From a virus, in IMG/VR virus record IMGVR_UViG_3300035105_000276, positions 63,134-127,133 of that record: a stretch of DNA of 64,000 nt; one strand, 5' to 3'. The notes below the pieces were generated by a model that worked only from the letters and a program-made list of their open reading frames with translations, had not been told where the DNA came from and did no database searches. Both the position numbers and the translations under genes were made by a program. This document shows positions 1-9,946 of the stretch, piece after piece. Position 1 is the first letter of the stretch, and each line of letters opens with the position of its first letter.

Positions 1-147
1 ATCCAAAACTCCCAGCAGTATCTCCTTCTGCCACGTAGACAGATCGATGAACCGGTAATCGGTGGCATTAATCTTGGGTTTGAAAAGAGACCGCATGTAC
101 AGCCAGTTGAAGTCAATTAAAATCCTGGTTTTCAAATCAGTGGTCAT
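1..147 (-). CDS. Partial CDS running off the window; possible PIN/5'-3' exonuclease N-terminus
   Basis: Manual translation MTTDLKTRILIDFNWLYMRSLF resembles the LIDxxxLxxRxxF start of 5'-3' exonucleases. Confidence 0.4.
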   Translation of the reverse strand, partial: MTTDLKTRILIDFNWLYMRSLFKPKINATDYRFIDLSTWQKEILLGVLD

Positions 148-1168
148 AGACTTTCCCCTTGGTTCGCGTACACCTCAAGCCATATACACTTTGCTCAAGC
201 CTGTCTACCCTCCTTGCAAGGTCAGACACATAGCTATACATGTCCTGTAGAAAGTCAGCTGAACTTTCACGGATGAGATCTTTCTCAGCCTCGGAATCGC
301 CTTCGCTTTCGTCTGTTTCTGCCCACATCTCCTCTCCCGTGAAATATGCTTTGCAAACTTCCAGTGCACCGGAAAGGGTATTTCCACGTTCAGGATCCAC
401 AAATGGGGCAGCACTGTCGATTACATCCACAAGAGTAGGTACCCCCTCGTGAGGAATAGAGATCACCCCATCTAACAGCAGGTACTCACATTGTTCTGCG
501 TCTTCGAGTAGACTCACAATAATATTGTGCCCCTGATTCAAAGTATCTGCATGCCATGCGATATCCTTAAAATAATAGGTTATTGCCGGCTCATTGGCAT
601 TTGGGCCAAGCAGATACTCTGTGATACTCCGAACAGACCACCAAACCTTTTTGGATACCGTATTGAAGTACCCCTCGATTAAACATGAGTTTTCAAGTAC
701 TGTCGTACTAAACGGTACCCATGGCCCATCACCTACGGAAGGCGAAGTTCTGTTAACGGCAGGTTCCTCATCTTCGTTTTCGCCTTTTAAGTACGAAGAG
801 GTCTGACTTATAGCATCAACCCAGGCAATATGCTCCACAAGGTTGTAAGCTCTGGGGGTACCCATACGTTTCAGAGCCTCTATCAGACAATCTGATCTCC
901 CCATGCGGCAGGTTAAAACCTTTGTGGTAAATTTAGGGGTATCACCCCCATCAAAATCTGCAAGAAGTCTCTTAATCCTTGCATTTTTATTGTTTCGTAC
1001 ATTGTAGGTCAGTTCTGCATTGTACCGGCTGCACCCCATTGCTCTTGTGATATCACGTAGTACCCACCATGCCTGGTCGTCACCATGGAAGTATACCCCT
1101 TGGATATAGTGCCCATTGAACATTATTTGATACGTAGATCGCATGTCCATGCTCGTGCTCTCGGTCAT
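137..1168 (-). CDS. Bro-N/antirepressor-like DNA-binding protein with duplicated domain
   Basis: Two similar segments (AWWVLRDITRAMG, VWWSVRSITEYL) resembling the Bro-N core; C-terminal coiled coil. Confidence 0.4.
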   Translation of the reverse strand: MTESTSMDMRSTYQIMFNGHYIQGVYFHGDDQAWWVLRDITRAMGCSRYNAELTYNVRNNKNARIKRLLADFDGGDTPKFTTKVLTCRMGRSDCLIEALKRMGTPRAYNLVEHIAWVDAISQTSSYLKGENEDEEPAVNRTSPSVGDGPWVPFSTTVLENSCLIEGYFNTVSKKVWWSVRSITEYLLGPNANEPAITYYFKDIAWHADTLNQGHNIIVSLLEDAEQCEYLLLDGVISIPHEGVPTLVDVIDSAAPFVDPERGNTLSGALEVCKAYFTGEEMWAETDESEGDSEAEKDLIRESSADFLQDMYSYVSDLARRVDRLEQSVYGLRCTRTKGKVYDH

Positions 1169-1521
1169 TAAATTTCTCCTTCAGTGAGTAATCGGACTGT
1201 TGGTAAAGGTACGCCTGACACAGGGAACGGGTCTCTCCCATTGGACCAGGCGTGTTTGACAACTGACATTATTTCATACGCCAATTTAGCTTTAACTTCC
1301 GTATCGTCGTGAGCTATCCCCGGCCCTCCGTTTTCAGGGTGCTCTTTGAATATGTATCTTCTGGTAAAGCTGTGAATCGCTCTTCGTTCTTTCCAGGTCA
1401 ATTCCCTGAAATTTTCCATAACAGCATCGATCTGACCCAGATGCAGCCGAGTATAGGTCTCCAGGGCTTGGCATAGGGCTTGGGCCTGCTGCTTATCTAT
1501 GGTTAATTGTAATTTTTCCAT
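1168..1521 (-). CDS. Hypothetical phage protein
   Basis: 117-aa ORF with AGGAGG RBS, coupled to next gene. Confidence 0.7.
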   Translation of the reverse strand: MEKLQLTIDKQQAQALCQALETYTRLHLGQIDAVMENFRELTWKERRAIHSFTRRYIFKEHPENGGPGIAHDDTEVKAKLAYEIMSVVKHAWSNGRDPFPVSGVPLPTVRLLTEGEI

Positions 1522-1630
1522 TGGTAAAAATCCTCCTTTTGATAGAGAATGCGCGGTTTTTCAGATTAGTGAAGTGTTGGATTGACTGGAATTTGAATTT
1601 TTTTGAGATTAATCGTTTTTGAGTATTTTC

Positions 1631-2110
1631 TCAGGCCACTCCTGTGTGCCCGAATCCGTTGTTTCCTCGATCAGATTGAAAAGCTGAAAAAGCGTCTTCA
1701 TTTAATTCAGGGAAAAAATGGGGGGCACAAATATCCAATAATTTCCTAACCGGAACAGTTAACGAGAAATCGAACACAATCTGTGCTACCCTGTCCCCAA
1801 TCAAAATCTGCATCGCTTTGTCAGAGTGATTATAAAGGCGCACCTTCACCTCCCCCATGTATCCATGGTCAATTACCCCAGCGTTGGATGCTTCGATAGT
1901 GTAATTCATGGCCATTCCAGATCTGCTCTGAATAACTCCCTTAAACCCGGCCGGGATCACAATATGCAGGCCGGTGCTCAAAACTTCTGAGGTTCTCGGG
2001 TACAAAACAGTTGCCTGGCCGGATCGGATATCCCAGCCGGCATCGTGAGGATACTTTTTGATGAGGTTATTGCCTTTGTGCTCAGGGATTTCATTGAATT
2101 GGTAGAACAT
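1631..2110 (-). CDS. dut: Trimeric dUTPase
   Basis: Motifs AGWDI, RSG, GVIDHGYMGE, GDRVAQ, RGNNGFGHTG. Confidence 0.95.
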   Translation of the reverse strand: MFYQFNEIPEHKGNNLIKKYPHDAGWDIRSGQATVLYPRTSEVLSTGLHIVIPAGFKGVIQSRSGMAMNYTIEASNAGVIDHGYMGEVKVRLYNHSDKAMQILIGDRVAQIVFDFSLTVPVRKLLDICAPHFFPELNEDAFSAFQSDRGNNGFGHTGVA

Positions 2111-2142
2111 GCTTATTTTTTCCTTTCGTGAGTTTTAGTTTT

Positions 2143-2685
2143 TCAAATCGGCCCAGATGAGTTTGACAAAAATCCAGAACCTTCCCATTCTTCCTCCTCC
2201 GTTTCTTGTGAGTCACCTGGTATTTCTGATATAGTATCAATGGGGAGTACTTCTCCCTCAATCGACCCCGTTGTGATCTCCTCCCGCATGATTGCGTAAA
2301 ACACATTTTTGGCCAGAGCATAAAGATCAATAAAATCCTCTGCTGGATCCAAATTGGTACCTTCAGATATGAATATAATCGGATCTTCGCTGACCCTTTT
2401 AGGGGTACTTAGCTTGCACATGCATGGCAGGTTGGACCAACCCCCTCTCACAATCTTCTGGTGAAGCTCCTGGTATGTACACCGTACAGGTACTTCGTTT
2501 TTACCAGGGAATTGGTCTTTGAAATATCTGTCCAGCTCCTGGAGCACCCTGGTAATGTATGGGACCTCATACGGGCTCTGCTTCACGATCCAATATGCAA
2601 AAGCCGCAATAATGTCAGACCTGTAAAGCCAGAAAGCACAGCCCTGGTAGCCCTGGGATATGTCTCTGTTACACAGTAACGACAT
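2143..2685 (-). CDS. Hypothetical protein
   Basis: ORF; start moved to the ATG after AGGAGG. Confidence 0.6.
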   Translation of the reverse strand: MSLLCNRDISQGYQGCAFWLYRSDIIAAFAYWIVKQSPYEVPYITRVLQELDRYFKDQFPGKNEVPVRCTYQELHQKIVRGGWSNLPCMCKLSTPKRVSEDPIIFISEGTNLDPAEDFIDLYALAKNVFYAIMREEITTGSIEGEVLPIDTISEIPGDSQETEEEEWEGSGFLSNSSGPI

Positions 2686-2704
2686 AGCACCTCCTTTTAA
2701 CAAA

Positions 2705-3001
2705 TTAATAAAGGTTCTCTGAATAAAGTTTCTTACCATCCCCGCCAACACGGCGGAGTATCTGTCTGTTTTTCTCCGCCAATACCCAAGCCTCTTCCCG
2801 GGTATAAAATTTTCCGAACTGGTCCACAAATCCTTGAATCGCCTGGCCGCCCTCTGGGTAAGTATCTCTGATGGAGGCTAACATAAACTCATCAAAGTGC
2901 CTGATAGATACCACAATGCGTCCACTGGGTAACATACAGGCAGCACAGACTATTCTTGGCCCTATCACTGTATCAATTTGAGCCATATCCGAATTAATCA
3001 T
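2705..3001 (-). CDS. Phage hypothetical protein (IVCAA...RH...QGF...REEA...LYSE type)
   Basis: Motif pattern recalled from small phage proteins; overlapping gene chain; start estimated. Confidence 0.6.
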   Translation of the reverse strand: MINSDMAQIDTVIGPRIVCAACMLPSGRIVVSIRHFDEFMLASIRDTYPEGGQAIQGFVDQFGKFYTREEAWVLAEKNRQILRRVGGDGKKLYSENLY

Positions 3002-3278
3002 CGAATTCCCTGTCCTCTCCCCTTGATACACCCTCAGGGTACTTGATTTTAAATGGGAAATCCTCCTGAAATCTGTACTCAAATTCCGGGCCCAAACACC
3101 TCTTAGGGATGAACATTGGCCTGGGGGGTCTGCAATACTCGTACTTAATGCACGCGAACATTGCAGCCTCCCGTACCTCAGACGGGGTAAACTCTGCCTG
3201 GTGAATCAAATTCTCCATAGTGTCAACCAGCATTCGATACTTTGGGTCGTTTTGATATTTTTCTTGGGGTGTTTTCAT
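2994..3278 (-). CDS. Hypothetical protein
   Basis: ORF coupled by ATGA overlap. Confidence 0.6.
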   Translation of the reverse strand: MKTPQEKYQNDPKYRMLVDTMENLIHQAEFTPSEVREAAMFACIKYEYCRPPRPMFIPKRCLGPEFEYRFQEDFPFKIKYPEGVSRGEDREFDD

Positions 3279-4429
3279 AGCAGAGCCTTTGCAATTGCAC
3301 ACCTCAAAGCCCACTTCTTGCGATCTTTCGGTGGTAATTTTTCAAATGGTATACTGACACTTACGAACGGCAGAGCAATCCACTTTTTGTAGAGTTGCTT
3401 CGGAGTAATACTAGGGACGTCAATTACACTGGCAGCCAGGTACATCTCAGTCTGTCTGTTTATCCCATGCTGATCCTCCCAGGTTCCTGGATCCGATTCA
3501 CTGTATACTTTGCACCCCATTGCACGTAAAGCTTCATGGGTAGTTAACGCAGTGAGTTCTACAGGCCCGGTAGGGTCTGATGTTGCTTCTGTAACATGAG
3601 TTTCATCCCTAGACTCCAGTATAATTGAGTCATGCAAAACTTCCATTTTAAGGTTAAGTTTTTTTGCGAGATTTGCCATATCATTCATATAAGTCTCTGC
3701 ACAGAACTCAGCGAGCCTGGCTTGCTTTTCCATATTGCTTAATGCCCTGGCACTGGGGGTTCCCTGCTTCTCCGTTTCGTCCCCCTCCCCCTTCGCCGGC
3801 TGAATCCCCTGGGAATTATCCACCTGCACAAATGTGCCTTTCCCATAGCTGATGAATAATTTGTCTTTCCGACGGTAGGACACTTCTTCAAGCCAGATAG
3901 GCATTGATGTGCACACCCCCCACGGGCTACTACCCCTCCTACACTCCCACAATTCCCACGGTTCTTTGCATATCGCGGCATCTTCTGCGAATTTTTTCAT
4001 AGCCTCTGCGTGGATATGGGTTTCAGTCTCATCAGGCATAGGGTAACTGGTAAAGGATTTGTCCTTTTTGCGGTACACTGTATCTGGCAGAAATCGGGGC
4101 CCGGATATTAAAGAAATATCCTCCCAACCCTTGCCTTCAACATAGTACTCCCACTGGGCAGGGGGTGTATTAAAAACCATATTATCCGCAGCATACACGA
4201 ATTTTGCGATTGTATGAGGTTTGAGTCCTGAATGCGGATTCGCCGGATCTGACTCAAAAGACAGATCTTTTTTTCTATATTTTGTAGCTCTGTTCCACGC
4301 AGGTTTCGCAGTCACAAGTTCCCATGCATCTCTAACCCAGAACTCCCATTGGGTCCACGGATTGTCGAGGTACAATTCTTCGATGGCGTACAGAACTTTT
4401 GCAATTGCATGTGGTGTTTTATTTTTCAT
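3275..4429 (-). CDS. Hypothetical protein with three tandem H..PW..WE..W..P.W..YR(R/K)K modules
   Basis: Internal repeats visible in translation. Confidence 0.7.
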   Translation of the reverse strand: MKNKTPHAIAKVLYAIEELYLDNPWTQWEFWVRDAWELVTAKPAWNRATKYRKKDLSFESDPANPHSGLKPHTIAKFVYAADNMVFNTPPAQWEYYVEGKGWEDISLISGPRFLPDTVYRKKDKSFTSYPMPDETETHIHAEAMKKFAEDAAICKEPWELWECRRGSSPWGVCTSMPIWLEEVSYRRKDKLFISYGKGTFVQVDNSQGIQPAKGEGDETEKQGTPSARALSNMEKQARLAEFCAETYMNDMANLAKKLNLKMEVLHDSIILESRDETHVTEATSDPTGPVELTALTTHEALRAMGCKVYSESDPGTWEDQHGINRQTEMYLAASVIDVPSITPKQLYKKWIALPFVSVSIPFEKLPPKDRKKWALRCAIAKALL

Positions 4430-5007
4430 TTCATTTTCCCTTTCTCTTTTATAATGGTTTCACATTTTTCCCAGCACACCTTTATCACCTGAGCATCCCA
4501 TAACGCATTATGCTTCTCAACACCACATCCCAGATCCAGCCCGGAGTACTCTTCTCTGTTGATATCCGGGTCTACACCCACTGCATAGAGCAGCGTGCAT
4601 AGATCAAAAGGTATGTAATGCACTTGGTCGGGTATATTGAAGGCATGCCCCCACATTTGATTGAACAGAACCCAGTCATAAGACAGGCAGTCAGATATTA
4701 TCTGAACAAAGTCATATGGCTCAATGAACCTTTCAAATTCTGCGCGGATACGCTCAGTACCCCCAAGGACTTCAACGTTGCCTAGTGGTGAGGATGCTGT
4801 GAAAGGCTCGGGCCCCTGCATAATTAATCTCATATGAGGTACAACATTAGCCTCGAACCAGACATTGTCTTCAGTTGTGGCAAATCCGTCTCTGAACCCG
4901 GGGCATTCTGCATAGAATGTTTTGTTATCTTCTGTTACAGCGCCCAGGCTTACCAGTTTGGTGTGTTGGTGCAGACCGGTGAATTCTGTGTCTATGAAAA
5001 TTTTCAT
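4426..5007 (-). CDS. DEDDh 3'-5' exoribonuclease (Rv2179c-like)
   Basis: IFIDTEFTGL, YDW, HNALWDA motifs; GGAGG RBS. Confidence 0.85.
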   Translation of the reverse strand: MKIFIDTEFTGLHQHTKLVSLGAVTEDNKTFYAECPGFRDGFATTEDNVWFEANVVPHMRLIMQGPEPFTASSPLGNVEVLGGTERIRAEFERFIEPYDFVQIISDCLSYDWVLFNQMWGHAFNIPDQVHYIPFDLCTLLYAVGVDPDINREEYSGLDLGCGVEKHNALWDAQVIKVCWEKCETIIKEKGKMK

Positions 5008-5218
5008 TTCTTGGCCTCCTCCGCTCGGTCCTTCCAAAGGATAAACCGCTCGTTGGCCTCAATGTATTTTCTGGTCAATTCTTCTTGAGTGAATTGGTGC
5101 CACTCTGCTGAGCTGGAGTACCGGCAGCATAGAATTCCATCTATAACTTTTTCCTCGTAATACATTATGTCATTACCCTCTTTTGTTTATGGTGGTATGT
5201 GGAAAGCAAAGTAATTCC

Positions 5219-5809
5219 TTACCAATCGCTCTCTGCGTCAGTCATCCTGGGAGAACCTATTGCAACCTGTGAAAAGCAGGCTGCCTTCACAACGTTACCA
5301 CAGTGCCTGCACCGGAAATTTTTAATTCCACCCCCATACACTTCTGTGTGTCGGTACACTACCCTAGGTATGAAGTTACGCCCATGGCAATAGGGGCATT
5401 CCAGTGGGTCTTGTGCTTTGTTATCCTCTTGCTTTTCAGCTTCCCTTTCAGGCCAACCAGCGCTCAGAGCATCTACCTCAATTTCCATGGAGATAACGTC
5501 TCCCTCTGTGAAGTAACATACGCAGAACCCATGGTGCTGTAACTGTGTGGTTGCCAAGACGCGCTGCCCATGATATTTGTGGAACTTCTGCAGACCTGAC
5601 GGCTGATTTACCCAATATCTTTGCATTCTGTGCCCCTCCTTATTGGGGGTTGAGTCTCTTTTTTCCAATTCTTTAGCGTGATCCCCATAGATATCCAAAC
5701 CGCTGATACCATACTCTGTCATTATATACCTAGGAGTTTCTCTAAACTTTTTACACCTGCGTTCGTACATACTTTCGTCATAGGCTATTGCAGCCATCAT
5801 ATCTGACAT
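5219..5809 (-). CDS. Hypothetical protein with C-terminal Zn ribbon
   Basis: CPYC...CRHC. Confidence 0.55.
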   Translation of the reverse strand: MSDMMAAIAYDESMYERRCKKFRETPRYIMTEYGISGLDIYGDHAKELEKRDSTPNKEGHRMQRYWVNQPSGLQKFHKYHGQRVLATTQLQHHGFCVCYFTEGDVISMEIEVDALSAGWPEREAEKQEDNKAQDPLECPYCHGRNFIPRVVYRHTEVYGGGIKNFRCRHCGNVVKAACFSQVAIGSPRMTDAESDW

Positions 5810-6308
5810 ACTCTTTCTCCTTTATTGCGAACCCACGTAATCTATTACTCAGATCAGTCCCCCCTAACCTCCCATAAGGTGAAGCCCAATTGTCTGCTAC
5901 CGCCTGTCTCCATTCTTCTGGAGTTATACTGTCCACTTTGTCCAGGAACAATTTTAATAACCATATAGGAGGTAGGAGCCAGGAATAATCATCGGGTGCT
6001 TCTAATTTGGACAGGGGAAGATTATGCTGTTCAGCATCTTTTCTGGAATGCCCAACAATAAAATTAAAAGCTTTTTGTCCAAATAATCGCTTCCCTATTT
6101 TAGCTCCCAGGAGGCTATGGCCTAAATTTGTACCGTCAGTTATGTGGTTCATCCCTATGTACCCAACATCGTGCACCAAAATGCATATAAACTGCCAGAA
6201 TTTAGGCCACTCCCTGTACAATTTAACCCACGCAATTATGACAAATACGGAGTGCAAAACGGAATGAGATCCGAATAAGACTGATTTTGTACCCTCTGAT
6301 AATCTCAT
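5778..6308 (-). CDS. HD-domain-like protein
   Basis: H...HDVG...H...H...DD residues. Confidence 0.5.
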   Translation of the reverse strand: MRLSEGTKSVLFGSHSVLHSVFVIIAWVKLYREWPKFWQFICILVHDVGYIGMNHITDGTNLGHSLLGAKIGKRLFGQKAFNFIVGHSRKDAEQHNLPLSKLEAPDDYSWLLPPIWLLKLFLDKVDSITPEEWRQAVADNWASPYGRLGGTDLSNRLRGFAIKEKEYVRYDGCNSL

Positions 6309-6835
6309 GATACCTTCTCCCCCTTCTTCCTTGCAGTTTTACAGACATAATTCTGCCACCAGTCCCTCCACTGAAGTACGCGACTCTGTGTCAGGTGTAC
6401 CACACCGTCACTGAGCCAACCCAACTCCATGTCTGAGTTTTGCCATGAAAACTCTGGGAAAATTTTGCACCCTGGTTTCCATCTCCGGTACTTTGTGCCG
6501 ATTTGAGGTGCGTTCACTTCCGGCATTGGCAGCTTCACTCCACCGATATTGATAGTAGGGTGCAGAGTTTCAAATGTTTCCGGGCAAGTACGCGCGAAAG
6601 GGTACCATTTACAGTTTGCCAAAAATCTGTGAACTATATCTTTACCTTTGGCCACCCTCCTGATCCTATGGGGACCTTCCCAAGTATCCCCCATTGTTGA
6701 GACCTCAACCGGTTTATCAATAAAGGGTGAAATTTCTCTCCAGTTAAGCGCTGAGAAGTACTTAGGTTCAAACTCCTGCTTTTTATGGTGATACTCGTGC
6801 TCTTCACTTAAAGACTTTTCTTTTTCATGTGCCAT
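6305..6835 (-). CDS. Hypothetical protein, paralog of 8944-9792
   Basis: Shared FEPxYFSxLN, HPT...GGxKLPMPEVxAP and GxVHLT motifs. Confidence 0.75.
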   Translation of the reverse strand: MAHEKEKSLSEEHEYHHKKQEFEPKYFSALNWREISPFIDKPVEVSTMGDTWEGPHRIRRVAKGKDIVHRFLANCKWYPFARTCPETFETLHPTINIGGVKLPMPEVNAPQIGTKYRRWKPGCKIFPEFSWQNSDMELGWLSDGVVHLTQSRVLQWRDWWQNYVCKTARKKGEKVS

Positions 6836-6913
6836 TCTTCGTTACCTCCTGTATTATTAGAACTGTCAAAGTCCCTTCCGATTAATGAACCCCTTCAAAC
6901 CTACGCATAGGGA

Positions 6914-7118
6914 CTACAATCTGTTCCAGGCACTCAACTGGAACGATAGGGTGTCCGGTACCAGAATCCTGTTAGGCAATTCAAGCCAGGTCCAGTAACC
7001 TCGGGGTGACTCTCCTTGTGCTTCAAAAGAACGTATCTTCGTTCTGAAAAAAACCTTTAGTTTCCGTTGTGATTACTGTGCGTCCATCTATTTCTTCTTT
7101 TGAGACCATTTTCATCAT
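6914..7118 (-). pseudogene. Small gene broken by a frameshift in a T7 run (or a sequence error)
   Basis: Removing one T at 7047-7053 gives a continuous ~67-aa ORF filling the gap between coupled genes. Confidence 0.45.
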
Positions 7119-7519
7119 GATTCCCTCTCCTTTTCACAAATACCCTGTTTGACATTTCGTACCATGGCCCATGCACAGAGATCCCGTTTCATATAAAATA
7201 CCGGAATGCCCAGTTCCTCAGCTCTGGCTATCTCTTTTAACGTACCATCCGACTTTTCCCATCCAGGTAGCACCAGCACGCAGTCAGAAACCTCCAGCCA
7301 GGCCAGGGAGTACTCATAGAACTGCTGCACAGTGAACTCATCATCCGGACGGTCTGTGATAAACGTATGGTCATGCCATGGGCAGAATGGGGCGAATCCC
7401 ATAGAAAACAGCAGGGCACAGGCTTGCTGTCCGTGTCCGATATTGCGCAGAACATCGAGCACGTTATCTGCCGAGTAACAGCCGGCTACGTATACCCGTG
7501 TTTTGTTAGCCATTGTCAT
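7115..7519 (-). CDS. Nucleoside 2-deoxyribosyltransferase-like (DUF4406/DUF1937-type) protein
   Basis: VYVAG.Y, CPWH, SD..LVLPGWEKS.G..KE motifs. Confidence 0.75.
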   Translation of the reverse strand: MTMANKTRVYVAGCYSADNVLDVLRNIGHGQQACALLFSMGFAPFCPWHDHTFITDRPDDEFTVQQFYEYSLAWLEVSDCVLVLPGWEKSDGTLKEIARAEELGIPVFYMKRDLCAWAMVRNVKQGICEKERES

Positions 7520-7550
7520 TGGTGTATTTCTCCTAAGTTAAGTCTATTTC

Positions 7551-7970
7551 TCAGTTTATCCTGGAAAGCTTGGCTTTCTTCATCTGTAACTCGTTAAACA
7601 TCTGATGCCGTAGCCCTTTATTATTAAGGGCTTTATTCACAGTTTTCACGAATATCGATTCGGATCGCTTTGGTAAGAAACTCCGCACGACAGAGTCAAC
7701 GATACTCAGGTCTGCTTCACACCTGTATACGAGTTCCCTGCACAACCGTCTCTCAGCATTTAATGTGCGCCATGCGAATTTTCTTTCAAAGTCAACAAAG
7801 TCCGGGACATCTGGTTTTGATTGTGCGAGTGCTTTATTCATGGCGTATGAGTACATCATACCAATTAAGATACCTATCCCATAGAATAGGGCTAGCTCCA
7901 AATCTAAGAATAGTACACACAAGACGTATTGAGTCAAAAAAGCCAACCACCCTATAATAGCCAATTTCAT
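7551..7970 (-). CDS. Membrane protein, hypothetical
   Basis: Two N-terminal hydrophobic helices. Confidence 0.6.
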   Translation of the reverse strand: MKLAIIGWLAFLTQYVLCVLFLDLELALFYGIGILIGMMYSYAMNKALAQSKPDVPDFVDFERKFAWRTLNAERRLCRELVYRCEADLSIVDSVVRSFLPKRSESIFVKTVNKALNNKGLRHQMFNELQMKKAKLSRIN

Positions 7971-8422
7971 ACTACCTTACCTCCCTCCCCACAAGCAGCT
8001 TCTTTCTTAGTAAAACCAGGATCAGCGAATGAAAATTTCAAGGTATTTCCAAGGAACTCTCTCACCTGTTTCTCCGCTTCATTGAAAATGGCTGTTCGAA
8101 CGGGATTAACCTCATACTGATTATTCTTTGCCTGATTGATAAGTCCACTGGCCACCTCATCTTCGATTGTCCTTTGTATAACCCCGTCCTGGTTCAAATA
8201 TTTATTCACGGTTTCCCGGACAATGGATTTGACTTCATCCCGGATTGACTCCCTGGTGAGGCCCAGTTCGTTCATTAAAATTTGCCTAACCTGATTTGTC
8301 GTCTTTTTGTCCATTTTATTTCCCTCATTATTAATATTCCTGATTACAGCATGTCCCTCCGATCCCAAATCAATTAAATAATTTCCAAACTTTCTCTCTG
8401 AATCATTAACATTCATTGGCAC
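7967..8422 (-). CDS. Hypothetical protein
   Basis: ORF, start uncertain. Confidence 0.55.
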   Translation of the reverse strand: MPMNVNDSERKFGNYLIDLGSEGHAVIRNINNEGNKMDKKTTNQVRQILMNELGLTRESIRDEVKSIVRETVNKYLNQDGVIQRTIEDEVASGLINQAKNNQYEVNPVRTAIFNEAEKQVREFLGNTLKFSFADPGFTKKEAACGEGGKVV

Positions 8423-8943
8423 TACAATTTACCCCTTTTTTATACCCTTTTTCCTATTAAAAATTAGACCCGATCCAATAAAATAAAGGAGCGGCAAAAG
8501 ATACCCCAAAGATAAAACCAACCATTACCGCTTGTGTCTGTCCACCCATCATCATTCACCATCACTTTTCTATTTATGTTTCAGTTGTCGGCTTAACTTC
8601 TTGTATTCAAGTTTTGGCTGATTTTTCCAAAACTCAAGCTTTTCATAGCCTCCTCATCAAGTGTTTCATTGAAAACACTTTTCAAAGACCGTTTATAGTC
8701 ATCTTACAAATTATTCCGGATGGTATCGAACTCTTACCCCTTTGATCCAATTATAAAAGATATCCATCCAACCATATGCATATCGCCATTGCTGCATTCC
8801 ATCCTGTAATGGCCACGGTTCGTTTATCTGAAATTTTCTATAAAATGGATACTTCATCATTCACTCCTTTTTTTCCATAGGTACTTTTGAATATCGAGCA
8901 CAAATCCTGCTGTCTTTCCGTTATCCGCAGGACATGTGGTATT

Positions 8944-9792
8944 TCACTTTTTTACCTCCGCCATGATGTCGTTTCTCCACCATGAGGCCCATGCCTGAGC
9001 ACTGTCTTCGGTGAGGTGAACACATCCTTTTTCAAGGGCAATTTGCTCAATTGCGTATCCCTGCCAAACAGACTTAATATATCCGTTGCGGTGGGATGGT
9101 GTGACGATCCATACGGTGGCTCCATGCCTGGGGGCCTTAACTTCTGGCATTGGCAGCTTCCATCCTCCTGCAAGAGTACTTGTTGGATGGGTAGAAGAAT
9201 CTATCTTTCGTAACTGAGCCTCATGTACCCACACGGTACTGCACCCTTTTGGATAATCCCTGTGGTTTGATTCATGCAACAAAAGCCTAACTCCATCATT
9301 CACAGAAGAGAACTCAACTATTTCTGCTTTGAGTGGGATTGCGAACCTATATCGATCATAAACCATAACGATATTATGGAGTTTAAACCCGTGTCTCGCT
9401 GTTAATTCGTGAGTACCTTGGTAGGTTTCTGGAATCGTTTTGAGGTAATTGACCCAAAACCTGGAATGTGTGTTTGTCGAGATAATCTCGAATGGCGTTC
9501 CTGTTTCATCTACAAGCTTTAAAACACCCTTTTCCCATTTAAAACCCTCATATGAATATTCAACTTTTTTCCCGTAATACGGGATAGCTTTCTTCCTGTT
9601 CAGTCCGGAGAAGTATTCCGGTTCAAATACAGGTTCCTTGCGGCGGTATTTTTTATATGGGTGCCAACTGGGTTCAGACGAACAAGGGTACCATCTAATA
9701 CCCTCGTAAAAGCTAAATTCCCATAAATCCCAGGGGCGGTCAAAGTGTTTACAGTCTTCTTCATATTGTTTTTTCAGTTCTTCGTGTGCCAT
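8944..9792 (-). CDS. Hypothetical modular protein (WE-repeat module plus paralog of 6305-6835)
   Basis: GGAGG RBS; shared motifs with 3275-4429 and 6305-6835. Confidence 0.75.
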   Translation of the reverse strand: MAHEELKKQYEEDCKHFDRPWDLWEFSFYEGIRWYPCSSEPSWHPYKKYRRKEPVFEPEYFSGLNRKKAIPYYGKKVEYSYEGFKWEKGVLKLVDETGTPFEIISTNTHSRFWVNYLKTIPETYQGTHELTARHGFKLHNIVMVYDRYRFAIPLKAEIVEFSSVNDGVRLLLHESNHRDYPKGCSTVWVHEAQLRKIDSSTHPTSTLAGGWKLPMPEVKAPRHGATVWIVTPSHRNGYIKSVWQGYAIEQIALEKGCVHLTEDSAQAWASWWRNDIMAEVKK

Positions 9793-9946
9793 TACTTACC
9801 TCCTCCAGTTCCTTTTATATTACTTCGTGGTATGAATATTTGTCGATGTTCATCATTCACTCTCCTATATCACACTTAATTCCAGGCCAATCAGGTTCAG
9901 CAAGCATGTAGGTTTTTCCGCATTCACCACCCCTCCTTCCCCCTGG

